A program made the translations under genes and the position numbers. A stretch of 64,000 bases of DNA from a virus, in the IMG/VR virus record IMGVR_UViG_3300042261_001309, positions 63,117 to 127,116 of that record, one strand, 5' to 3'. Below the pieces are notes generated by a model. The model ran no database searches. It worked only from the letters and a program-made list of their open reading frames with translations, and had not been told where the DNA came from. Shown here one piece after another: positions 49,767 through 58,364 of the stretch (the stretch's first letter is position 1; every line of letters begins with the position of its first letter).

Positions 49767-51137
49767 TCAAATTTCATAATCGTCTGAGGTTTTAAAGCGC
49801 TTGCGCTCGTGTACCTCTGCCCTCTTAGCGTCCCTATACATTTTCCGTACTTCCGCCTCTGCTACGATTTTAGCAAACTTCTGATACTTACGATCAAACC
49901 AATAATCTGTTTTTCCATAGAGCCAGTAAAAGAGCTTAATCATGTCTTCTTGTCTATGTAGCGAGATATAATAATTATTCTTTTTTGTCTCGTGGCAATA
50001 ACGCAAAGGATAAGGGGCAATTCCTAAAAATTGATTAAACTTATTCTGGAGCGTCGTTAAAAACTCGCGAGTTGATATAAATTTCACGCGCCGGTTTTTA
50101 CTGGTTAATGAAAAATAAACACAGCCATCACCATCCATGTTGCCTAGAATAAAACTAGAGACATACTCGTCAGGCACCGGAGGAAAAGTTATAATTAACG
50201 ATTTTCTGGCAGGCATACCGTAATCTGCCAATATCTTACACATATGCCGGCTATGTAATGCTATACCTGTTTGATCTTGCTTGGGACCGTCTTTAAAATG
50301 CGTAGTACGTATTGGACATGTTGTTTTAAGCTCTTTTGCGAAAAATTCAATAGCTGAACGATCCCCTGACTGCAAAGAGATAGATACTCTATCTATATCT
50401 TGGTGATTGCAACCATCCGCTGAAAATAAACCTAAAAGATACGCTTTATTATGCGAGTCAATTACGTCAAAGTAGTGTTCATCTGTTTTATACTTTAAGC
50501 CTGCCTCATGGCAAGATCGTCTTACGCAACCTTCTTTAATAAGTATGTTACGAATTACATGCTCCATTGTGTTACACTTGGTTGCTATCAGTCCAATATG
50601 CAACCGATCCTCGGTATACATCTTTACTATCTCTTCGTTGGTATACGGCAAATTACGCTCTTTAGGTTTACAGTAACAAATCAGGTTAGTAGGGCGTTTA
50701 GGAAAACCTAATCTTTTAGCAGTTGATCGTAGGCCACACCAAGTACGCGTAGGCCATTTCTTTAGTATGTCTTCAGTAGTAAGAGTGACATAGTCAATAG
50801 CTAGCTGCTTTAATTCTGCAGCTGAATAACAGTCTGTTCGATCTATCCACACCACATTATGTTTTTTTAATATGCGCTTCAATCGATTTAAACCTAGCGC
50901 ATACTTATTTAAAATGTCAACAAGCTGTAACGTTTGGTTATTATAATCAGCAATTATAGCCTGCTCGTCTATAACTTTAATCGGCTTCTTGCGCGAGCAA
51001 CCCAATTTTAAAGCTCTTAATTTTATAGATACCCAAGTTCGCTTATATTTATCACAAAAAAATTTACGAGTTAATGTATAGTCAGGATAGTCCAACTTTA
51101 AACTTTCGTCTTCTTCTACAGTCCAAATTCTTTTCAT
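49767..51137 (-). CDS. free-standing LAGLIDADG homing endonuclease with N-terminal HTH/Myb-like repeats
   Basis: Two motifs, AYLLGLFSADG and SFILGNMDGDG, plus 'RKYQKF'; N-terminal 'WTVEEDE.L' and repeated 'RTW..(I/L)...A..LG'. Confidence 0.85.
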   Translation of the reverse strand: MKRIWTVEEDESLKLDYPDYTLTRKFFCDKYKRTWVSIKLRALKLGCSRKKPIKVIDEQAIIADYNNQTLQLVDILNKYALGLNRLKRILKKHNVVWIDRTDCYSAAELKQLAIDYVTLTTEDILKKWPTRTWCGLRSTAKRLGFPKRPTNLICYCKPKERNLPYTNEEIVKMYTEDRLHIGLIATKCNTMEHVIRNILIKEGCVRRSCHEAGLKYKTDEHYFDVIDSHNKAYLLGLFSADGCNHQDIDRVSISLQSGDRSAIEFFAKELKTTCPIRTTHFKDGPKQDQTGIALHSRHMCKILADYGMPARKSLIITFPPVPDEYVSSFILGNMDGDGCVYFSLTSKNRRVKFISTREFLTTLQNKFNQFLGIAPYPLRYCHETKKNNYYISLHRQEDMIKLFYWLYGKTDYWFDRKYQKFAKIVAEAEVRKMYRDAKRAEVHERKRFKTSDDYEI

Positions 51138-51144
51138 TAATACC

Positions 51145-51173
51145 AACGTACAGCATAGTCATAACGTTGTCAA
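51145..51173 (-). promoter_or_regulatory. sigma70-like promoter of the homing endonuclease
   Basis: TTGACA-N17-TACGTT, with the ATG 7 nt downstream of the -10 box. Confidence 0.55.
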
Positions 51174-51186
51174 ATGTCTTTCGCAT

Positions 51187-51221
51187 AAAAACAAAAAACC
51201 CACAGAGTAATATCTGTGGGT
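51187..51221 (-). terminator. terminator after the major capsid gene
   Basis: ACCCACAGA/TCTGTGGGT stem followed by TTTTTGTTTTT on the minus strand. Confidence 0.75.
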
Positions 51222-51248
51222 CGTGTTAGAAATATTTAAATTAGTTGA

Positions 51249-52211
51249 TTAAATAAAGTCCACACGAGCGCAGCCGCGCACGTTGCCTAAACTCATACCA
51301 ATGTTTAAATAAATAAACCACTGCAGGAAATATGCCTCACTTTTAAGAAAAGTAGTCATATTTTGGAGGCGTAAATACTTACCAAAGAATTCCTCTGAGG
51401 AGAACAGATAAATAGTACCGTCTGGTACCAAATCCCGTTTGATGGTGAAGACTGACTTTACCCCGAAAATAGTCTGTGCAGGCTTACCTTCGAGATACAT
51501 ACGCTCTGAAAGATCGCCACCAGCTTCACTTCGTTCCAATTTAAGGAAGTCCATTGCGGTAACGTTATTCATTAGCATGCAGCCCTGTGACCCATCAGTA
51601 TTACCTTGCATCGGCCCAAAAGGCACCCGCATCTTCAGCATCACCTTAAAGGCATCTGCTACGTTCTGCCGGGTAATCCCACCAGGAATCTCAACCCACT
51701 GAGGAACCTGCAGAGAACCGCTAACCCAAGGATTAGCTGTATTCTTGGCACCAACAGCTTCATTTACCTTATTGATAAACTTAGTGTCGATTTCAGTTGC
51801 GATATCCTTGACCGCGTTTTCCATCATAATACCTCGGATATCGTAATCATACCCGCGCAGTCTGTCGATATCTTGGCTAAACTTAGGAGACATAATACGA
51901 TTAAAATATACCGGATAACGAGTACCCTTATATAGATAGCCGTCTGGAGCCATACCCAATGGAACAGTGACGGCGGGAGCTTGATCTGGCTCGCGATCGC
52001 ACCATTTCACTAGCAGTTCAGGATCTTCAGCTTTATTCAGCTCGTCATTGGCAATGTCAATGGGAGTCAGAATTTTCTCAGCAAAGCTTTCTTCACGAAG
52101 CTTATTGCGAGTAAACTGAGTAGCGGAAACAGCCGCTTCTTTGGTTTCGCCGGCTTTCACCATCTCGATGAAAGTGTCATTCATTGTGCGGATTTCAGAA
52201 ATTTTATCCAT
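51249..52211 (-). CDS. major capsid protein (HK97 fold, inferred)
   Basis: 320 aa, last in the protease-scaffold-decoration-capsid gene order, AAGGA ribosome-binding site and strong terminator. Spine-helix-like 'AVKDIATEIDTKFI', 'TIFGVKSVFT....VPDGTIY' and C-terminal 'N.RG.ARV'. Confidence 0.75.
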   Translation of the reverse strand: MDKISEIRTMNDTFIEMVKAGETKEAAVSATQFTRNKLREESFAEKILTPIDIANDELNKAEDPELLVKWCDREPDQAPAVTVPLGMAPDGYLYKGTRYPVYFNRIMSPKFSQDIDRLRGYDYDIRGIMMENAVKDIATEIDTKFINKVNEAVGAKNTANPWVSGSLQVPQWVEIPGGITRQNVADAFKVMLKMRVPFGPMQGNTDGSQGCMLMNNVTAMDFLKLERSEAGGDLSERMYLEGKPAQTIFGVKSVFTIKRDLVPDGTIYLFSSEEFFGKYLRLQNMTTFLKSEAYFLQWFIYLNIGMSLGNVRGCARVDFI

Positions 52212-52234
52212 ATTGTGATTTTCCTTTCAGTCGA

Positions 52235-52810
52235 TTAGGCGCCTACTGCAACTGCACCAGTAGAAATCAATTTGATTTCAGCAAAAGTTGCGGTTTGGAA
52301 TCCAGGTTTCACACTAGTCGTGGTGACAGATGTACCGGCGACGTTAGTCCAAGTCTGGGAAACTTCAGAGTCAGAAGAGCGAGCAATAGGCAATGTGCGA
52401 GTACCCATCAAATAACCCACTAGTGAATTATTCGAGCTATCGGTAGTAAACTTACCTAAACTACCAGCGGTAGTGCCAGCGGAATAAGCATATACTGGCA
52501 TACCAACACTAGCCCAACCAGCAGAAGCAGCTGTAAGAATTTGATCCGTTTCAATTACACCGCCATCTAGGAGCAGCACAGGTAATTTGCCGGATTCTTT
52601 TACGTCTCCTGAGGTAGAATCGCTTAACGCAACTCCGACTACATAGGTATACGTACTGCCATAAGCGGCTGAACCACTAGGTCCAACCAAACCACCAGCT
52701 GTGGATGCCACAGCCATACCGGCCTTCACATCTGCCAGAGAGGACTGAAGCGCAAACGCTTTGTCCACCTGTTGCAAGGTAAGGCCATTTCCTTTTTTGA
52801 TATTGATCAT
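52235..52810 (-). CDS. capsid decoration/cement protein
   Basis: Small Gly/Ala/Thr-rich protein directly upstream of the capsid gene; beta-tulip-like 'AGMAV...VVGVAL...G..VY....G.FT....LVG'. Confidence 0.55.
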   Translation of the reverse strand: MINIKKGNGLTLQQVDKAFALQSSLADVKAGMAVASTAGGLVGPSGSAAYGSTYTYVVGVALSDSTSGDVKESGKLPVLLLDGGVIETDQILTAASAGWASVGMPVYAYSAGTTAGSLGKFTTDSSNNSLVGYLMGTRTLPIARSSDSEVSQTWTNVAGTSVTTTSVKPGFQTATFAEIKLISTGAVAVGA

Positions 52811-52833
52811 ATCTATTAACCTTTATTTAATTG

Positions 52834-53268
52834 TTATTCATCGAAAATTACACTCGAACTAGTCGATAGTCCAAATGCACGTGCTCGAACAGGGTCTATT
52901 TCATCCTCCGCTCGTTTTACAGCTACGCGTGCCGGTGAGCCGATCAGGGCCACGTCAGCCGCCTTGCAAAGTTTTTCAACCACTGATGCGAGATAGCTAG
53001 GATTTTGTTGCGCACGCTTAACAAACTCCCGGCGCTCGAACTCATCGGTGATAAAGTCGGTTTTATAAAGAGCATCCGCTGCTTTGTCCAAACTGCGAGA
53101 ATATTGCTTCAAACTTTCGTCCTTCGCTTTTTCCTCCTCAGTTTGCTTTTGTTTTAAAGCTGCTTCCTTCTTCTGAAACTGAAACAACGCAAGTCGTTGC
53201 CCCTCAGTCTCATCTATAGCCACTTTAACAAAACTAGCAACTTTCTGCAATAATAAATCTACGTCCAC
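52834..53268 (-). CDS. head scaffold-like coiled-coil protein
   Basis: Helical with multiple K-x-A motifs; lies between the scaffold and decoration genes; GGAAGG upstream of the GTG. Confidence 0.55.
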   Translation of the reverse strand: MDVDLLLQKVASFVKVAIDETEGQRLALFQFQKKEAALKQKQTEEEKAKDESLKQYSRSLDKAADALYKTDFITDEFERREFVKRAQQNPSYLASVVEKLCKAADVALIGSPARVAVKRAEDEIDPVRARAFGLSTSSSVIFDE

Positions 53269-53392
53269 AGTCTTCCTTCCATTCAGCTAGCTTGGTTAAA
53301 TACTGCAACACGTCTTGTTGCTCTTCAAAATTCAAAAGAGACAAGGCATCTGCTGCTTGCTTCTGCAGTAAATTTTCAGATGCCTTGTCCAT
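53234..53392 (-). CDS. small ORF not in the ORF track (52 aa)
   Basis: Manual translation MDKASENLLQKQAADALSLLNFEEQQDVLQYLTKLAEWKEDCGRRFIIAESC. Fills the gap after the scaffold gene and contains KQA and KLA. Confidence 0.45.
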   Translation of the reverse strand: MDKASENLLQKQAADALSLLNFEEQQDVLQYLTKLAEWKEDCGRRFIIAESC

Positions 53393-53399
53393 GAAGGGT

Positions 53400-54512
53400 T
53401 TAACCTTTTTGATTCAGAATCTCGTTCTTCATCGTGTCCACAACCATACGGGCGGTGGCTTGAGACCAGGCAGCATATTTAGCTTGTTCCTGCTCTTCAA
53501 ACAAACGAGCGTTCAGTTGGGCTTCTTTTTCAGCTAGCTGCTGCTTCAGCGCTTCCACTTCAGGATTAACAGAAGCGGTCTTGGTCGACTGGACTTCAGA
53601 GAGCTTTTTAATCTGCTCTGCTTGCTCTGCGAACTTTTGTTCAAGTTTGGCTTGATTTAGCAGCGTGGTAAAAGCCATCTTACCGTTCATCTCAGCCTGC
53701 TTGACAATCTGCCGATTCTCACTGGCCTGCTTCTGCTGCTGAGCCTTAGTAGCCTGAAGCTGCTCAGAAGCTTGAGCGATCATCTGCTCAAAGTCCTGTT
53801 TACCGGCTTCTTTAGCCATCTGTAGATCTTGCGCTTGAGACTGCTTGAAAATAGTCTCAGCCCACAGTTTGCCTAGTTCATAGGAAGCGATCCGATCGGT
53901 TTCCTCTGCGGACTTGCCAGGAATACAAGGAGCGGTTTCGCAAGTAGGCTGCTGCACACCAGTAGTCTGGGGCTTAACCTTATCAGCACCAACAGCGTTC
54001 TTATCCGAGGTATCATGCTTGGCACTTACCTGAACAGGATGCGTGTCTTTGCCAGGAGCGCCAACAACTTCAGGTTTAGCGGCTTCCTTGTAATTGGAAA
54101 TCATGTCGATTAGCTCTTTGCCCAGCTTCTCAACTGAAGGATGCACTTCAGCCGTCTTGGTTTCGGCAGCCATCTTAGCCTTTAGCTCGTCTAGCTCTTT
54201 AAGAGCGGCGGCTAGCTTGGCTTGAGTATCGTCCTGTACGTTGGCGGTAACTTCGACTTCAGCTTCATCAGCTTTCTTACCTGGAACAGTAGGAGCGGTT
54301 TCGCTGGTGGGCTGCTGTACACCGGTAGTCTGAGGTTTAACCTTATCGGCACCAACAGCGTTCTGATCTACAGTTTCATGCTTAGGACTCACTTGTACTG
54401 GATGGGTATCTTTGCCAGGGGCGCCAGAAGCGACTGGTTTGGCTGCGGCTTCTTTTTCTACCATAGCTTTGATATTCTCTAAAATTTTATTTGATTCGTT
54501 CAACTTAGCCAT
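53400..54512 (-). CDS. prohead scaffold/core protein
   Basis: Charged coiled coil rich in Q/E/K/A, with an internal duplication and many K-x-A motifs; located between the protease and capsid genes. Confidence 0.6.
   Translation of the reverse strand: MAKLNESNKILENIKAMVEKEAAAKPVASGAPGKDTHPVQVSPKHETVDQNAVGADKVKPQTTGVQQPTSETAPTVPGKKADEAEVEVTANVQDDTQAKLAAALKELDELKAKMAAETKTAEVHPSVEKLGKELIDMISNYKEAAKPEVVGAPGKDTHPVQVSAKHDTSDKNAVGADKVKPQTTGVQQPTCETAPCIPGKSAEETDRIASYELGKLWAETIFKQSQAQDLQMAKEAGKQDFEQMIAQASEQLQATKAQQQKQASENRQIVKQAEMNGKMAFTTLLNQAKLEQKFAEQAEQIKKLSEVQSTKTASVNPEVEALKQQLAEKEAQLNARLFEEQEQAKYAAWSQATARMVVDTMKNEILNQKG
53905..54455 (-). repeat. two copies of an approximately 58-aa internal repeat in the scaffold
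   Basis: GAPGKDTHPVQVS.KH...D.NAVGADKVKPQTTGVQQPT.ETAP..PGK.A occurs twice (about 54270-54455 and 53905-54090). Confidence 0.9.
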
Positions 54513-54541
54513 ATTAAAAGAGTTTAAGGGTTAATGTATTA

Positions 54542-54796
54542 TTAGGCCTGCTCAGAAAGAAATTCCGCATACTTAACAGTTAGTTCGTTTGCGGTTTTCT
54601 CGTCTACACCGGCTTGTTTAGCTGCTTCGTAGAAACCTTCCAACCGAGCCATGGCAATAGGTTGAACTTGTTCCTGTTCGTTAGCCTGCTTTACTTGCTC
54701 ACCAAAAGTCTCAGACATGTAATTGATAATGCTTTCCTCGGATAAGCCAGCAGTCTTTACGCGGTTGTAAAATTCTTTCAAGAATTCGTTGTTCAT
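54542..54796 (-). CDS. small K-x-A-rich head-region protein
   Basis: Two 'FY...K.AG(L/V)' units (EFYNRVKTAGL, GFYEAAKQAGV), similar to GFCKEAKNAGL in 62232..63308. Confidence 0.6.
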   Translation of the reverse strand: MNNEFLKEFYNRVKTAGLSEESIINYMSETFGEQVKQANEQEQVQPIAMARLEGFYEAAKQAGVDEKTANELTVKYAEFLSEQA

Positions 54797-54845
54797 TTGA
54801 TTTCTTTCTTATTAGTCTCTTTAGTTAATTTAAGGGTTTTTAAGT

Positions 54846-55217
54846 TTATTTACAAGCCGATATTTCCATGATGGCATCCCCAACACCAGCATAAAATGCT
54901 TTTTTATTTAAGCAGGCTTCAATTTTAGAATAATATTTTGGTTCATCCTTTAAATGATCCTTGGTCAGCTTCCTGCGCATCTTAAGGCTTTTGAAATGTT
55001 CGCGTTCTTCTTCAATACCTTTTTCCAGTTCAGAAGCAATAAACGCAACCTTCTCAGGTAAGTCTTTATCAATCGGCCCGCTATAATGGGACAACTGTTT
55101 TTCTGACATTTCCTCAGCTACCTCTTTTACCTTCTCGGGAGCTTTAGCCTTAGGATGATGTTTTAAATGTTTAGCCCAGTTCATCAGTCGGGCTTGGCTT
55201 TTACTTTGTGCTGGCAT
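54846..55217 (-). CDS. two-module small protein (DUF3008-like plus DUF5661-like)
   Basis: MPAQSKSQARLM...MSEKQL..LPEKV, followed by ELEKGIEEEREH...DHLKDEPKYYSK. Confidence 0.55.
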   Translation of the reverse strand: MPAQSKSQARLMNWAKHLKHHPKAKAPEKVKEVAEEMSEKQLSHYSGPIDKDLPEKVAFIASELEKGIEEEREHFKSLKMRRKLTKDHLKDEPKYYSKIEACLNKKAFYAGVGDAIMEISACK

Positions 55218-55230
55218 AACTTATAACTGT

Positions 55231-55998
55231 TTAAATAATCTTACTTGAGGCCGCTGCTCCAGCTCCTAATCCTGCCGTGGCAGTTAAATAGGTTAAAAAT
55301 GCCGCGAGCAATCCAGCTTTGTTTTTAAATTTTAAACTCTTAGAAAGATTGGACACCGGCGAATTAATAAACCTATTAGCTAATTGCGAAGCTCTAAGTT
55401 CATTAAGCAATGTAGGTGCACCTATAGCCGCCCCAATACCTGCGCCAGTTAATGCTGCAGATTCAGGCGAATCAGTTTTCTTACCGACTATATAACTGAT
55501 GAACGGATTCGCAAACATCAAACCTCGATTAACTTTGCCTAAGTTAAATCGCTGCAATTTATTAAAGAAACCTGGAGTCGCCTCTTGCGCAGCATGCCCA
55601 AATTCATGAGCAGTAAACGATGTCGCAGGTAATTCGTTATTGTAATAAATCACCCCTCGCTTCATCTTTTCTATATCATTCTTACTATATAGTATCTTAC
55701 CATACAGATCAGGTAATTTAGTTTTAGGCGGTGCGTACCTCTCAGTTACGTTTTCAAAAGAATCTGTAGCCGTCACTGGATTAACATTAAAAAACTTCTT
55801 TAAGCGATTTAAGTAATCTTCAGAGCCTGAATTTAAGCCATGCGCACGTTCAGCAGCACTTATATCTGTCTTGAACTTTTTCGTTAACTACACAGCAACA
55901 GGATTAGCTGCGAGGCCTAACGCAGTATAACCTAACGCCGGTGCGCTAAATTGGGTTGTATCTTCGGCTACTTTGAATAGTGCATTTTTTAAATTCAC
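55231..55998 (-). pseudogene. Zn-metallopeptidase-like membrane protein interrupted by one in-frame TAG (55888-55890)
   Basis: From the GTG at 55998 (2 nt after the protease stop): MNLKNALFKVAE...PVAV*LTKKF..., in frame with ORF 55231..55776, which has HEFGH, a downstream E (NELRAS) and hydrophobic Gly-rich helices. Confidence 0.6.
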
Positions 55999-56000
55999 GT

Positions 56001-57395
56001 TCATCGATTCTGAATTAACGCGTTGTATAACAAAATATCGTCAGCGCTACCGTTGGAGTCTAAATATTCCAATTGAGCCAATTTATAACTAGTGTATGCC
56101 TCTGCCAGTTTTTCAAAATTATATTCAGCTGACTTTTTCTCGTTGGTCTCTTCCTTTTTAACTTCAGGCTTACCAAATGAAGAAATAGTGATACTGATAA
56201 CTCTACGAGTAGAAGGCTCGCCAAATAATGAATTACTTTCAGTTAATCTGGATACCAATGATTTAAGTTCCTTAGGCAAAAAGTCCAAAGCAGCAGGCGT
56301 ATACTTCTCGTCGTGTAATACCTCTTCGTTGCCTTTTTCTTCAGCCTTCGAAAACGTACCCGATAAATGCTTCTTCATTCCTTTGGCCATCTGAGGATCT
56401 GCCTTGTCTCCAAAAGCATAACGAATAAATTCCTCAGGGCTAAAAATAATACCTTTATCTGCCGTAGCCTTAAATACCTTGGCTGGCTCATGCTTCCTAA
56501 GTTCATCCATATCCGTAGTGGTGATCTTAGGTGACTTATTTAAATGCTCAGCCTGACGCTTAATAAAATCAGTCTTCTTGGATTTACCAATACCGTCCAG
56601 ATGCTTTTCCATTTCAGAAAGCTTTTTCAGTAGCCTGCGCTTGTCTGCGGCTTTCTTGGATAAAGTTAAAGTGTCATTTTCTTCACTGTAAAACCCTGGA
56701 TACATTTCCAGATAATCCTGAGTGGTGCGATATTTATGCGAAGCTTCTTTAACCGTAGAAGAATTTAACGAATGCCCAATTCTATCTGCCGGTCTACCTA
56801 CCACCGAAATTTCAAACCAAGTAGGATCTACATTTTGCATCGCACACATTTCACCTTGCTTGTTCAATTCACCTAGCTTGGAAGGTATGTGCTCGCATCT
56901 ACTACGATCGTCTTTCGCTAGGTGATGACAAAAAGTACACTTGTCGTGTGGAACCCGACATGCCATGCTTACCTGTATCTGCTTTCCACTTGCCAGCTTC
57001 TCAAGAGCTTCTTTATTTCTAGGATTATCGTTATCCAAGCCCATGATCAACTCAATCCGCTTCATCGCTTCGTTGTAAGCTGAAGCTTTGATATTGCCAA
57101 ACTTAGGATCAGTAGGTTTATTCTTGTGATTATAATGAACAGCTCTATTTGCCTGCTTAAATGTTTGATGCCTTTCGCGACAATCCTTTTCCATAAACGA
57201 ATCGCCGTTACGATTTGCCCCATAACCTTCCTGTGCCCCTAACGCAATGACATGCACATCTGTTTGATGCGCTGTTTTCTCATACTGCAGCTGCGCTTTT
57301 ACTGAACCTCGTTTAGTTAATTGCTTATCGTCAGTAACAATAGTCACTGGCTCTACGTCACAATTAAAATCGTCGGTAGATGAAAACTTAATCAT
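56001..57395 (-). CDS. prohead maturation protease
   Basis: 'NRNGDSF', His motif 'VHYNH', Ser motif 'QVSMAC', Zn-binding C..C...C.H and 'FEISVV..PAD' match HK97/assemblin-like prohead proteases; long C-terminal extension. Confidence 0.8.
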   Translation of the reverse strand: MIKFSSTDDFNCDVEPVTIVTDDKQLTKRGSVKAQLQYEKTAHQTDVHVIALGAQEGYGANRNGDSFMEKDCRERHQTFKQANRAVHYNHKNKPTDPKFGNIKASAYNEAMKRIELIMGLDNDNPRNKEALEKLASGKQIQVSMACRVPHDKCTFCHHLAKDDRSRCEHIPSKLGELNKQGEMCAMQNVDPTWFEISVVGRPADRIGHSLNSSTVKEASHKYRTTQDYLEMYPGFYSEENDTLTLSKKAADKRRLLKKLSEMEKHLDGIGKSKKTDFIKRQAEHLNKSPKITTTDMDELRKHEPAKVFKATADKGIIFSPEEFIRYAFGDKADPQMAKGMKKHLSGTFSKAEEKGNEEVLHDEKYTPAALDFLPKELKSLVSRLTESNSLFGEPSTRRVISITISSFGKPEVKKEETNEKKSAEYNFEKLAEAYTSYKLAQLEYLDSNGSADDILLYNALIQNR

Positions 57396-58360
57396 TTTTT
57401 TGGATAAACTTGATTTAACGTATCGTACAATACTTCATCCGCACTGCGGCTGTTGGTTGAAAATAACCGATTGCGTAATAACCAATCAGCTAAATACGCG
57501 GCGGCGCCAACTTTACCACCACGAGCTACCCTATTTTTTAAAACTTTACCCATTGTTGGAGCTTTGACCGCTTTTTCTGCGTGCTCAAAAAATCGCGTAG
57601 CTATTGGGTCTTTCACGTTATCTTTTAACTTAGCTAATATATCCAACCTATCGGCCGGATTCATACGATTTAAAAACGCTTTAACCGCTTGAGACGTATT
57701 CGCATCGTATAACCCTTGAGTACCAGCCATAGCTTGCAGCTTATTAAGATTCTTCAATTCAGCTAAACCAGCATGACGGCCATACTGCTTCTGAAGCTTC
57801 GCTAAATCAGCAAAACCAACTTGTTTGCCAAGCAATTGCTGAAGATCGTTCAGATTGCCTATGCCTACTTGAGTAGCTGTGCCTAGCCCGCCTTTAGGTG
57901 CATTAACTGCTGCTTCAAACGCAGCTAAAGCCTTACGATTAGCCGGCATCCAATTGGTCAACCATTTAAGTGGTCCTGTACCAACTGCAGCCGCAGTGCC
58001 TAGAGCTAGCGGATAGCTAGCCGCACCACGCACAGTATTTACTGCTTTTGCTGCCGGAACTACCACGCCAGACATGAGCTTGGCGCCAACACCAGGGGCT
58101 GGTGCGGCAACACCAAAAATGCCTAATTCTTTTACTTTATTTACTAGGTCCGAAACTACACCTTTTTGCGCATAGTTACTTCCCAATGCGCCGCCAGCTA
58201 GTCCTCCAAGTAAACTGCCTTGAGCTAGCTGACTTAAAAACCTTCGTCGACGATCACCGGCCGATTCATTTGGCTGCCGACCCGATCCGGCTAAACTTAA
58301 ACCTAACCCACCAATACCGGCGCCGGTTAATGCACCAATTAATTCTGGAGATAATGGCAT
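57392..58360 (-). CDS. glycine-zipper membrane-type protein, putative ejection/internal protein
   Basis: GALTGAGIGGLGL and GSLLGGLAGGALG repeats plus further hydrophobic helices; located in the head cluster. Confidence 0.5.
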   Translation of the reverse strand: MPLSPELIGALTGAGIGGLGLSLAGSGRQPNESAGDRRRRFLSQLAQGSLLGGLAGGALGSNYAQKGVVSDLVNKVKELGIFGVAAPAPGVGAKLMSGVVVPAAKAVNTVRGAASYPLALGTAAAVGTGPLKWLTNWMPANRKALAAFEAAVNAPKGGLGTATQVGIGNLNDLQQLLGKQVGFADLAKLQKQYGRHAGLAELKNLNKLQAMAGTQGLYDANTSQAVKAFLNRMNPADRLDILAKLKDNVKDPIATRFFEHAEKAVKAPTMGKVLKNRVARGGKVGAAAYLADWLLRNRLFSTNSRSADEVLYDTLNQVYPKK

Positions 58361-58364
58361 ATGC

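Noticed and set aside
49767-51146. Intein or intron-encoded LAGLIDADG
   Set aside because: No intein splicing motifs and no interrupted host gene; it has its own promoter and lies beyond the capsid gene terminator.
49763-51175. TTGTCAAAT on both sides of the LAGLIDADG gene as a target-site duplication
   Set aside because: Both copies are explained as TTGACA -35 boxes on the minus strand, and homing endonuclease genes do not generate such duplications.
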